Shown here: positions 28,569 through 39,600 of the stretch, piece after piece
Layout of the letters: every line of letters starts with the position of its first letter
Position numbering within the stretch: position 1 is the stretch's first letter
From: an uncultured virus (IMG/VR IMGVR_UViG_3300038465_000034)
Taxonomy: Duplodnaviria > Heunggongvirae > Uroviricota > Caudoviricetes
Length of the DNA stretch: 64,000 bases
IMG/VR virus record: IMGVR_UViG_3300038465_000034
Strand: one strand, 5' to 3'
The notes under the pieces: generated by a model
Told to the model about the DNA's origin: nothing
Database searches by the model: none
Seen by the model: the letters and a program-made list of their open reading frames with translations, nothing else
Translations under genes and position numbers: made by a program

Positions 28569-30056
28569 GTGAAAATCGTCATCGCCGACAAGCTGCCACA
28601 AGAGCATTCCACTGAGTTTCGCGGATTGCCGATAATTATCGAGTGGCCGAAGGGGTCTACACGGGTAGGCAAGAAACCTGACGGTACGTCATTCAAAACA
28701 GAGATGAAAGTCGATTACGGCTACATTCCAGACACGACTGGCAGGGACGGAGAGAAGCTCGACATATATCGGGGTCCTGACGAAGATGCCGAATATGCCT
28801 ACATTGTTGAGCAATTGGACGACAAGGGCGAATTCGACGAATACAAGATCATGTTGGGGTTCAGCACGCTGGAAGAGGCTGAAGAAGCATACGTGGGGCA
28901 AGCAGGCGAGGATATGCTGGGTGACATCTCCGAGGTTGATTTCGAGTACCTGTTTGACACCGTAAGGGAAAAGCAAAAGGAAGCCGCCGCAAAAAAAGAA
29001 GCTAAAATCGCCACTGACGACAAGTACACGGTAATCGAAGCTTTCTTAAAGAACTACAAGCACGAGGTGGATTTCTACAAGGAGACCGCAAGTCTCGTAC
29101 AAGATAGACTCAGTGAGGCTCTTCAAGAAGCGGGAATCAAGGCTGTAGTTAGTTCCCGTGCGAAGTCCCCGGATCGACTGGGAAAGAAGTTGCGGAAACG
29201 AGATGTGAAGAAACACTATCAAACCTTTCGTGAAATCAACGACGATATTGTTGATCTCGCGGGGTGCCGGGTAGCCCTGTATATGCCCGCCGACCGAGGG
29301 GCTGTGGGGCAGATTATTGAGAAACTATTTGTGCCCGTTCGTCCACCAAAAAAATTTCCCGAGTCTAGCAATCCCGAGGATGGTGACACGTTAGGTTACA
29401 CGGCAACTCACTACTTGGTACACTTGCGACCTGAAAATCTCCGCAAGAAGGAGCTTCGGTACGCCGACACACAGATCGAGATTCAAGTGGCGTCGGTATT
29501 GATGGCGGCTTGGGCCGAGGTCACACATGACCTGCTTTACAAGCCCGAGAAGGGTGAATTAACGCCTGAGGAGCACGAATCCCTGAGCAACCTGAATAGG
29601 CTGGTGCAGGAGGGAGAACGAGAGCTTGAAAAGCTTCAGTTCGCCATCGAAGGCCGCACGGATGAGAGCCTTCGGTTTGAAATCGCAGCAGCTTTGGCAA
29701 CGAGTCTCAAGGCCCGGTCGATGGGAAAGACTGCCTCCCTGACCGTAGGCGACATTGAGAAAGCCGTTAAAGCTATTGTTGGGAGCAAGACATCCTTGTG
29801 GTCGATTTATGTGAAAGCCACGGAGACACTTAGGAAAGCTCGTTGGGAAAAGCCCGACGATGAGAAATATCGCAAGGCATGGGAATCCGCTGGATACGCG
29901 AAATCCGATGAACCGCCGACGAGTGAAATGCAATACATTCGTGAGGCAATGGAGAAGCTCGCCCCGGGTAAGCCCGTTAGTACACTGTGGGTTCTGCCGA
30001 ATCGTAATGAGATCATGGCTCTTGCTCAAGAATTAAAGGCGAAGGCGAAGGATTAA
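28569..30056 (+). CDS. Fusion of an inorganic pyrophosphatase-like domain and a RelA/SpoT small alarmone synthetase domain
   Basis: N-terminal IEWPKGSTR..DYGYIPDT.GRDGEKLDIY..FDEYKIMLGF. Central RAKS..DLAGCRV..GYTATHY..EIQVASVLMAAWAEVTHDLLYK. Confidence 0.85.
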   Translation: MKIVIADKLPQEHSTEFRGLPIIIEWPKGSTRVGKKPDGTSFKTEMKVDYGYIPDTTGRDGEKLDIYRGPDEDAEYAYIVEQLDDKGEFDEYKIMLGFSTLEEAEEAYVGQAGEDMLGDISEVDFEYLFDTVREKQKEAAAKKEAKIATDDKYTVIEAFLKNYKHEVDFYKETASLVQDRLSEALQEAGIKAVVSSRAKSPDRLGKKLRKRDVKKHYQTFREINDDIVDLAGCRVALYMPADRGAVGQIIEKLFVPVRPPKKFPESSNPEDGDTLGYTATHYLVHLRPENLRKKELRYADTQIEIQVASVLMAAWAEVTHDLLYKPEKGELTPEEHESLSNLNRLVQEGERELEKLQFAIEGRTDESLRFEIAAALATSLKARSMGKTASLTVGDIEKAVKAIVGSKTSLWSIYVKATETLRKARWEKPDDEKYRKAWESAGYAKSDEPPTSEMQYIREAMEKLAPGKPVSTLWVLPNRNEIMALAQELKAKAKD

Positions 30057-30068
30057 GGAGAGGTTTTC

Positions 30069-30608
30069 ATGGCGCTCGCCCCGTTTAGCCGCATTGTTGT
30101 CGATAGAAAGGAAGAGCAGAAATTCATTCGACGTGCCTTGCGAAGACACCCCCTTGAATACATGGAGGCACTTTGGGGTCAAGTCAGAGGGGATATCCTC
30201 TACATTTGCGCTTTCGTCAAACTAGACCACAAAGCTACCCGCGAGAACCTTAAATACGAAGAAGAAGAGCTTGATGAACACGAAGAGGACGCAGAAGAAA
30301 ATGGGCTGCATCTGATTGGCAGCATTCATTCCCACCCAAACTGCGATGATAATGACACTGGGTTTAGCGAAACAGACCTTTCAACCCTGCAAGAATCGCA
30401 AGAGACTGTTATGGGAATCTGTACTGTCCAAACAGCCGTAATTGATGAGAAAACCAAAGTCAAAACCTCTCTGAATCGTCGAAAGATTCATGTGGCTTAT
30501 TGGCCCTCGGTTAAACCCTTGTTAACGATCCGCCCTGATGCCGCTTCTTTCAAACCAGCCCTCAAAAAGAGCTATAGACTAGCAAAAAAGAGGAAGTCCC
30601 GCCGATAG
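30069..30608 (+). CDS. JAB/MPN (JAMM) metalloprotease
   Basis: N-terminal E (PLEYME) plus GSIHSHP...FSETD (HxH..S..D). AGGAG RBS. Confidence 0.8.
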   Translation: MALAPFSRIVVDRKEEQKFIRRALRRHPLEYMEALWGQVRGDILYICAFVKLDHKATRENLKYEEEELDEHEEDAEENGLHLIGSIHSHPNCDDNDTGFSETDLSTLQESQETVMGICTVQTAVIDEKTKVKTSLNRRKIHVAYWPSVKPLLTIRPDAASFKPALKKSYRLAKKRKSRR

Positions 30609-30636
30609 ACTTTGGTTTCCTATGGTAGGACGCGAA

Positions 30637-33600
30637 ATGAACCCATTGCTTCAAAAAACAGCCGCGACGAAAGTGCCCGAATTCATTTATCACGGCACTA
30701 GTGACCGCTATCTCGCTGAGATTCTGAAAAACGGGCTACGTGATCGCAGTTATTTTACGACCGAGCCTGTGGCTCGTTGGTTTGCGGCAAACGCGGCTCA
30801 GAAGGAATATGGCGGCGGAAACCCGATTATCATTCGGGTGCCAACCAAATCCTTAAAGCTAGACGATTTGGATTGGATAAAAAACTCGCCTGCGATTCCT
30901 CCTTCTCTCTCCAGTGTCAAGGATGTTCGTGTATGGCGGTATTTGCATCCGGTGAAAGTGAGTCTCAAGGACGTAACCAAGGTGGGGGGTTTTAAGACCG
31001 CCGCCGCCGCCGACATCGGCATGATTAAGAACATTATCGCAGGGGCAGACTTCGTGACCGAGAAATCCGATCAAAGCATCATCAGTGATGAACCGACCAA
31101 GGAATTGTTTGTCCTGCTCAACAACTACGTATACGGACGTAGCAAGAAACGTCTGGGTTGGCAGTGGGCACTGAGTCTTAGCCGTCAGGCTATGGCGTAC
31201 CTCGATGGACTTGATTGGGAGGCGGGTGAATTCAAGCTCGTCAAGACGAACGATCACGCATTCACTAAGGGGCGAGGTCGGATTAAACAGTGGGGTGGGT
31301 GGAACCTGTCCCGTAATCCCGAGCAGGAACAGAAGCTTCAAGACCTCTGGGCGAATGCTCCGATGGCGAAGTTCGGCTGCTCTGCCGCTCAAGATGACGC
31401 GGACGCCATCGAGGGAGCGAAGGAAGCCAAGTCAGGCCCACATAAGAACGCAACCACTCAGGTCAACCTCCCGGCCCCCGCCGCCGCACGTATGGCGGAA
31501 GCCGCTGCGCGTTTCCCCGACGAGGAACTAGGAAAAGATGGTCGAGAGGATGATTTTCACGTAACAATCAAGTACGGCGTAGAAGATGATGGTGACTTGC
31601 TGCGTCAGGTAGTCAGTGAGCAGAAGCCGTTTTCGGTCATACTGGGCAAAACGCTTGTATTCTCTGTGAGCGAGAGCTTCGGGAAGCAAGCCCCCGTCGT
31701 GGTTGAAGCTTATGCTCCTGAACTTGAAGCTCTTCACAATGCGGTCAATGAGGCGATGGGCACTCGTGAGGATGATTTTCCTGACTATAAACCCCACGCC
31801 ACTCTCGCCTATGTCAAACCTGAATTTGCCGCTAAGTACGAGGGACTGGATTGGCTTGATGGGGTTGCGTTTCCAGTAACCAGCATCACGCTTTCAACCA
31901 AGGGCGACAAGCGTATTAACGTACCGTTCGGTCAGAAAACTGCATCCCACAAAACCCCGCCGATGAGCGACACGCAGTACGAGAACCCCGAGATGGGCGA
32001 AGAGACGAATGCTTACGCGGACATCCCCGAGCGTGTGAAAGGTGTCGAAGACCTGCCCGCACTTGAAGACCTTTCGCCCGCCCTGTTTAAGACGGGGGCT
32101 CAGAACTTCAAACCCGTACCGTTCGACAACTGGTGTGATGCGAACCCGATGTACCAGCCTGACGATTTCAACGAGGCTGAGTACCGCTACGACGAGAACA
32201 TCGCCCACTTCAGCACGGTGACGTTCCCCATGACGGTCTACCGTGCGGTTCAAGTCGAGAAGGGTACGGAACCGAACTTGGAAAAAGCGGGCGTCTACTG
32301 GACGTGGGTTGAGAATAGTGCCGATGCGTACTTTGGTTCGGGGTCAATGTGGGATCAGGGTGGTCCGCATCCGAAGAACCCCGAAACGGTAATCATAAAG
32401 GCTAAGGTATTGCGCCCAACCGACGTGGATTGGGACGCAACCCTCCTTGCAAACATGCTCAACGAGGAAGAGAACGAGATCACAGTTAGACAGGGTGCCG
32501 AGCTTCAATTAGTGGGCGTCAATCACGGAGATGCGTACAAGAAGCCTTCGTACAAGAAGACCCAAAAAACAGTCGTGGCTTACGGTGACGACTCCAAGAA
32601 TCTACCCATGCGTGGTCAGAAGGGTATCGGCGGGCAGGATTTCCCCGTGATGACGGAGCCGCCGCTGTTCTCGGATGAGAAGACAGCGGGCAAACTAAAA
32701 TACCTGTACCATGCCACTAAGCCACGCCTTGTAGATGAGATTCTCAAAAATGGGTTAAAGACCCAGTACAGTGAAGAGCATCAAGAATGGGGAGAGTCGG
32801 TTTACCTCACCGATGATCCGCAATGGGCGATGCAATACGGGGGAGCACTTCTCCGCGTGGATGTTTCGAAGCTCAACAAGGAGTTGTTGAGGCCCGACGA
32901 TTTTGAATTCCGCGACATGTGGGAAGAAATCCCGGAGGAAGTTCGTGAGAATTACAACAATTGGGCGCACGCTTCGTGGCAGATGAGTTTGGAGTACGTG
33001 CGTCAGTGTGCCTACCTGCAAGACATACCAGCCAATGCGATTAAACTCGTCCCACCACCCGAGTCGTCAAACCCTATGTCACGTGAGCAACAGCAAAAAG
33101 AATTCCTCGACGCTCGCACCGTAGAGGAAGTTGCCGAGCATTTTGCCATCACGCCAGAGGCCGCCGCGAAAGCTAAGGCTGAGGGCGTAGTTAAGGCATC
33201 GGCAATGAAGACTGCCGACGCGGAATCCTATTTCACGGGCTTGGACGAAGCGGCCCACTCTATCATCACCGAATTCGAACAACACATCAAGGACCCCAAG
33301 TACCGCCAGAAGTGGGAAGTCGTTCCCGCCGCCCGTTTGAAGAAGATTTGGAATGACTACGCCAAGACGGGCATGGTGCGTGACGAGAAGGGTATGGGCG
33401 ACATCGCATGGACGGTGCAGTACAACATTTGGAAGATTCACGCCAACACGATTCTCTGTGGGCATTCGGAGCAGAGCCCCATACAGTTCGCCGAGAATGT
33501 CATGGGAGAAAACCTCGAAGAAAAATATGGTCGAGATGTCTTTCAAGACGACAACTCTTTCTTTGACGACGACAAGGGAGCGTGGCGGCTCTCCGACTAC

Positions 33601-36600
33601 GCACTTGACCCGCTGATTAACGCGGCGGCGAAGCTGGAAAACGCTAAGACAGCAGAACAGCAACTTCAAGCCGTAGATTTCATCCTGAACATCGTCCATG
33701 CCCGCAGTGATCTTGCAAGCTGGTTTGTACAGGGCGGCACCGCCACACTGAATTCGCTCGCTGGGTACAAGAAGGCCAGCGGGTCAACCCAGATGTTGCC
33801 CGACGAGGTAGAGATGGTTGCGGACGTTGCCCACGGCACAGGCGGAAAGTCGTTCCCGAAATTGGAGAAAGAACCGCTGTTCCCCGAGGACAAGGAAGAG
33901 AAGAAAGTAGGGGCAGCTAAGACGGCGGCGGGTCTCCCGTCGTTCAATGCGTGGGTGAAGAAGTCTGGCGGCATCTGGAAGGTCCTCGACCAGTACGATG
34001 TCGATACAGCGGAGACCTATGGCTATGGGCTGGAAGAACCTGATGACACCCCCGCCGCCAAAAAACGTTACGAGAAAGAACTAGGCAAACGAGCTTTGGC
34101 GGACTTCCAAGAACGGTACGAGAACCTGATCGCGGAGTATCAAAGCTGGCAGTTCCCGATGGATGTGTTCCGATGTATTTCTTTACCTTCAGGCGAGAAT
34201 GCACAACAGCAACACCTGTTCCCTGACACCCCACAAGCGAAGCTCCAGCAAGGGTTGCAGGCGATAAAATACCAAGGTGTGGGCATTTATTGGTCATGGG
34301 ATGAGAACTCCGCAGAGTGTCACTGGGGTTCTGGTGGGCCGAACGTGACGCTGCACGGCATAATCAACAAAAACAACGTTGATTGGGAAGGCACGCTTTA
34401 CGCCAACATGTTTCCCGCACTGGGCGACGACGAAAAAGAAGTCCGTCTGATAGAGGGCACACAGTTTGAGCTTGAGGGAATCCAGTACGACGAGAAGTCG
34501 GGATGGTCGCAGCCCCCAGTAAAGACGGTCACGGCGGCGAAAGCTAAGAAGCGTGTATTCTACCATGCGACGAGTGCTGCCAACATCAATGGTATCGCAC
34601 AGCATGGGTTGAAACCTTCGGAGAAGACTAACTGGGGCGGCATGTTGGGGGATAGCTCTCTTGGTAAGACATTCTTCGCAAATACCCCCGCCTCGGCGAT
34701 GTACTACGCCATGATTATCTTCCGCGACAAACTGGAGGATAACGGTCAAGCGCATGTCCCGATCTGTCTCCGCGTCACCATACCGGAGAAGATTCAGTTG
34801 GATACGGAGCGGGCTCAGAACGTGCAGAGAGGTGTCCATCTACCGGAGAGTGAAGCCTATGCTCCCGATGAAGAATCATGGGTGACGGAGGGCATCCCAC
34901 CTGCGAACATTCAGATGTTCTGGCAGGGTAAGTGGCAGCCGATCAAGGCGGGAGACTGGGAGGAGATGTTCTATTACGAAGAAGGAGAGGGCGTCGGGTA
35001 CGTGGACTGGGAAGGTTCCCCTGTCGGTGATTCGGTCCCCGAAGCTATGGCTGACGCTGAGAGCTTCACGATGCCCAAGAAGGCAGGCGTGATGGGTCAG
35101 GTTTATCTCCTGCACTTCGACATTGATCCGAAGGAAGAGGTTCCCAGCACCCGCGAGGATGCCAAGAAACCGTTCCACGCCCGCCACTACATGGGCTGGG
35201 CTGAGAATGCACAGGAGCGCATTGACCAGCATTACAAGGCGACATCTGGCGTCAAGTTGATCGAAGCTATCCACGCGAAGGGTATCTCGTTCACCGTCGC
35301 CCGTATCTGGGATGATGTGGATCGAGACTTCGAGCGTCGGATGAAGAATCAGGGCGGGTTGAACCGCCACTGCCCGATCTGCAAGAAGCTGGGGCTCATC
35401 CCCGCGTCTCGCTATCGGGGTAAGGCATTGGAGAAGCAAGTGGCACCAGAGACACCAGAAGCAGGACCAGATTTCGTGGAGATCGAGAAAAAGGCCGCAG
35501 CGGGCGATCTCGCCAACCTGCGGAGCTACCTCACGCTGAGCAAACGTGAGATGGGCGAGGAGTTGGCGCGTTCATTCAGCGGCTATTGGCAGGAGTTCGT
35601 GGAGAACGAGCACCCCGAGTTCGCCGATAAGATCGACGAAGACGGCTACACAGAGGATTTCGATGCTGTCCCCGAGAACGTGTTCGGTGACTTCCTCGAT
35701 GAATACAGCAGTCGAGCAATGCAGGATGACCCCGCCATGGCTCCCACGTTCCTGACCGTGGACTATCGCCGTGATGTCAAGAACGCTTGGCTCGTGCATT
35801 TCTCCGACTACCCCGAGGCAATCGCCAAGGAGGGCTTTAGGTATGGTATGGATCGAGTGGAAACGCTCGCCCTGACGACTTACTTCAAAGAGGATGCAAA
35901 GAAGTTCGGTGGGTACAACTTCGCCCTCGATGCTCATCATCGCAACCTTGAGGGTCTTGGGAAGAACTACGGCAAGCATTGCGTGCTCTTCCAAGCAAAC
36001 GGCATTGAGACGTGGCATACGGGTGATGATTTTGAACAGATCATTTTCTGGGGCAAGGACGCCAAAAACATCATTCCGATCATGCATTGGAACGACGAGA
36101 TGTGGCACGCTGGGGAAGACGCAGACGGCAACTCATTGTTCAGTGCCTACCAGTTGTCGGAAGTTGTGGAGTGGGCAATTGCGAACGCGGCGAAGCTGCT
36201 ACCTAAAAAAGTTCGAAAGCCAAAGGCTAGTTCTGAGATGACGACGCTGTACCATCGTACTCGCCCGGGACGCGAGGAACAGATCAACGCACAGGGATTG
36301 AGTCATATCGAAGGCGGCGGTGAACTTTGGTTTACCGATGATCCGTCTGCTTATTATGGGGACTCGCCGAACGCGGTGTACAGCGTGGACGTTCCCAAAG
36401 AAGAAGCCGAGGCCGCACACGTGGGTGGACACGACTATCGCTTTATGGGACGTTCGTTCGGACCCGACCAGATCAAGAAGGTCGCTGCGGAGCCATGGGA
36501 AATGCGGCAGGACGAATACGCGGGTCGATGGAATGAACAAGAGACGGAGGAACAAAGCGGCGTGCGTCATCAGAAGAACCAAGACTGGGAGCAGAATTCC

Positions 36601-39600
36601 CTAGCCGCCTTGTCGCTCGGCAAGATCACGCCAGAACAGGCGAAGGAACGCGGTGTGTACGAGGCAAAGTCGTTCATACCACTTCCCACGACTCCGCTGT
36701 ACCACGTTACAACCGCCAAGAGTCAAGTCGAATCAAACGGGCTCAAGACTCGCCGCGAACTTGGTCAAAACTACGGCAAGGGGTTGGGCGGCGGCACCAG
36801 TATGAGCATCAGCTTCACGGATGACATGAGTATCGCCCAAGGCATTTACGACAATCTGCTGATTGCTCGTAAGGTTGCCGCAGGCGAGATGACCTTGGAT
36901 GATCTGATTAGCACCGCAACGAAGGGTATGGGTGCGAACCGTCCATGGATCGACGATATCCTCAAGTCGCTGGGCGGCTCCAACCCGAAGGACAAGATCA
37001 ACGTGGAACTGGACGCCATCCAACGTGGTGTGGCGTTCGAACACGGATTGGGTCGTCCGCCAGATGACGAAGCCATTCTGCCGCAGTATCGTAAGCCCGG
37101 GCCGTGGCGTCCTACTCCTTGGAGCCAACACTGGAAGGGCGGCGATGGGGAAGAAAAATACACCTATTGGGAACGGGACCTGACGGCAGAAGAAAAGCAG
37201 GAGCGTGTTTTCGAGTTCTTCAAGAAGTGGAGTTTCTGGCGTGAGCAAGCAGGCGGCGGACTCGATCCGCTTTATTTCATGAGTGATCCGAAGGCTTTGG
37301 GTCAGACACCAGAGAGCGAGATCGCCATCCTGACATTCAAGGCAGTGCCCGGGGCTATGGGCACCCGTGAATCGGCGTTGGGCGAATGGCGTGTGTACAC
37401 TGGTGCGGCTGTGCAGCTTACGGGTAACGCTGCGGCGGCAAAGATGGGAATGTTTAATCCCAACCGAGCCAACGTACAGTACAAGTCTGAGCAGGGTGTA
37501 GGTGAGTGGCAGGGCTGGAACATTGATTTCAGTGCCGATCCAGTCAAGGAGCACATGCTGCCCGCATCGTTCGTTCGGAAATTGAAGGGAATCGAGCAGA
37601 AGTTCATCAACGTCGCCGATGTGGTGGAAACGCAGGGCGAGCAATGGACAACTGACAGACGTGTGGATGAGATTCACACGCAGATGGAAGCGGAGAAGTG
37701 GTTCGAAGCCATCCTCGTAGATGAGTACGAAGACCAGCCGGGGAAATACTACTTGGAAGAGGGGCATCACCGCACCCGTGCGGCTAAGAAGATGGGCAAA
37801 ACGACTATTCCAGCCGTGATTATGAAGTTGGAACCCCGTAAACCCCACTGGTCGTTATCGTCAGGTATCGTCAGAAAATCGTCAGATATCGCCAAGTTTG
37901 CGTTCCTCATCGAAGTCCCGAAAGACTCTCGTGGTCACTTCTGGGATGAGCCGCCAGCCCACAATTTGGAATTCTGGGCGTTCCGCAGCCGTCCGCCTGT
38001 CCTGATGAACGAGAAGGTGTACTTCACTTTCGACAGGATGCCAGTCGCGGAGACCACCGTCCTCAAGGTTGAGAAACCCGGCGAGTCGTTGTGCGAACTG
38101 AGCGGCAAATACGAGGATCACTGGAAGCTCTATTGGGAGCCGAAGCAGTTTGTCAAGTATGCAGGCACCACAGCGCCTACGCTGTACCATGGCACCTGCC
38201 CCGAGAACGCTGAAGCCATCATGAAGAACGGCTGGGAGCCGAATCAAGTCTCATCGGGCGGGAACGCTGGACAGCCGCAGTACCTCTATCTCACGAACTT
38301 CCCTGAGAATGCTCAGTGGTTCGCCAATGAGAAGGGGTGCGACACCATCCTTGAGGTCCGTAACATCCCGATGTCGTATCTCGAAGTTGATCCTGAGGAC
38401 GGCACTGAGGACACCGTTGAGAGAGAATTGAACTTTAGCGAGAAGGCATTCCCCGGCACGGTTGTACTGACAAAGCCACTACCTGCGGACCACTTCAAGG
38501 TGTTCAAGAGTAAGATCGGCAGCCTGAATGAGAAGCGGAATGAAAAGTGGATTTACCACCCTGACTATGGCGCGTTCTCGCAGAAGGGAAGCATAGGCCC
38601 TCATGCAACACTGATAGCGAGAACTATGGGTGAGGGCATGTCCTCTGGGCGGAAGTACGAAGAGGTACTACGGGGCTACGCGGTGATCGACGTGGATCAG
38701 AAAACCGTGACCTTGGCAACCCCCACAAACGAGTTGATACCTAACGACGTGGTAGACCTGTTCAAAAAGACATATCCCCACTACGCCCTATCGATCCCAG
38801 CGGAGTCGAAAGCAATCGGTGTGACCGCCGCCATGCCGAAGAAGTGGTATCACGGCACGTCCACGAAAAATGCCGAGATTATCATGGGGGATGGTTACCT
38901 ACGCCCAGATCAGGAGACCACCTACGACATCGACATCCCGCGTGACGGGGCGGTATACATCGCAGAGTTCGACGTAGCAAACCAGTACGCTATCGAGCGC
39001 GGCGGACCCGTGCTTGAGGTAGCCGCTCCTGACATCAGTAAGCTCCTGCCCGATGAGGACGATGTTTACGAACTCCTCAATGACCGTGGTGGTGAGTTGA
39101 ACGTCAAGGGTTCCGCCCAAGCCAAGCGAGTTAAGGCTTTGTGGCTCAAGCAATGGAATGACGAGAATGCTTCCTACAATGAGCCCGAGAAGTTCCCGAT
39201 CTATAAAAACTTCGAGGAAGCGTGGAAAGCATGGGGCGAGATCGAGTTCGAGGGCTCGGCAGAGCTTGCGGAGCAGATGAAGTATCTGACCGACTACATC
39301 GTCAAGAATGACCCCAAGCTCGCTCGTGCAATCATCGAACTCAGTGGCAAGGCCGCTCACATGGGACCGCTCAAGGTCGTGCGTCAAGTCAAGACCGCCG
39401 CCCCGAAGTCCATCTGGTATCACGGCACCAGCATTAAGAACCTGCGAAGCATCATGAGTCAGGGATTAGTTCCTGAAGGTACGGAAAAGGTTTGGGCAGA
39501 CGATCCTGATGCTGGGATATCCGCACCCAGCCGTCAATCTTACGGCGGCATTTATGTGTCACAGAACCTCATGACGGCTGCGGGAGCCCCCGATACCGAG

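Noticed and set aside
34200..34225. QQHLF as a beta-clamp-binding motif
   Set aside because: It is a single short degenerate match, too likely by chance in 5,000 aa.
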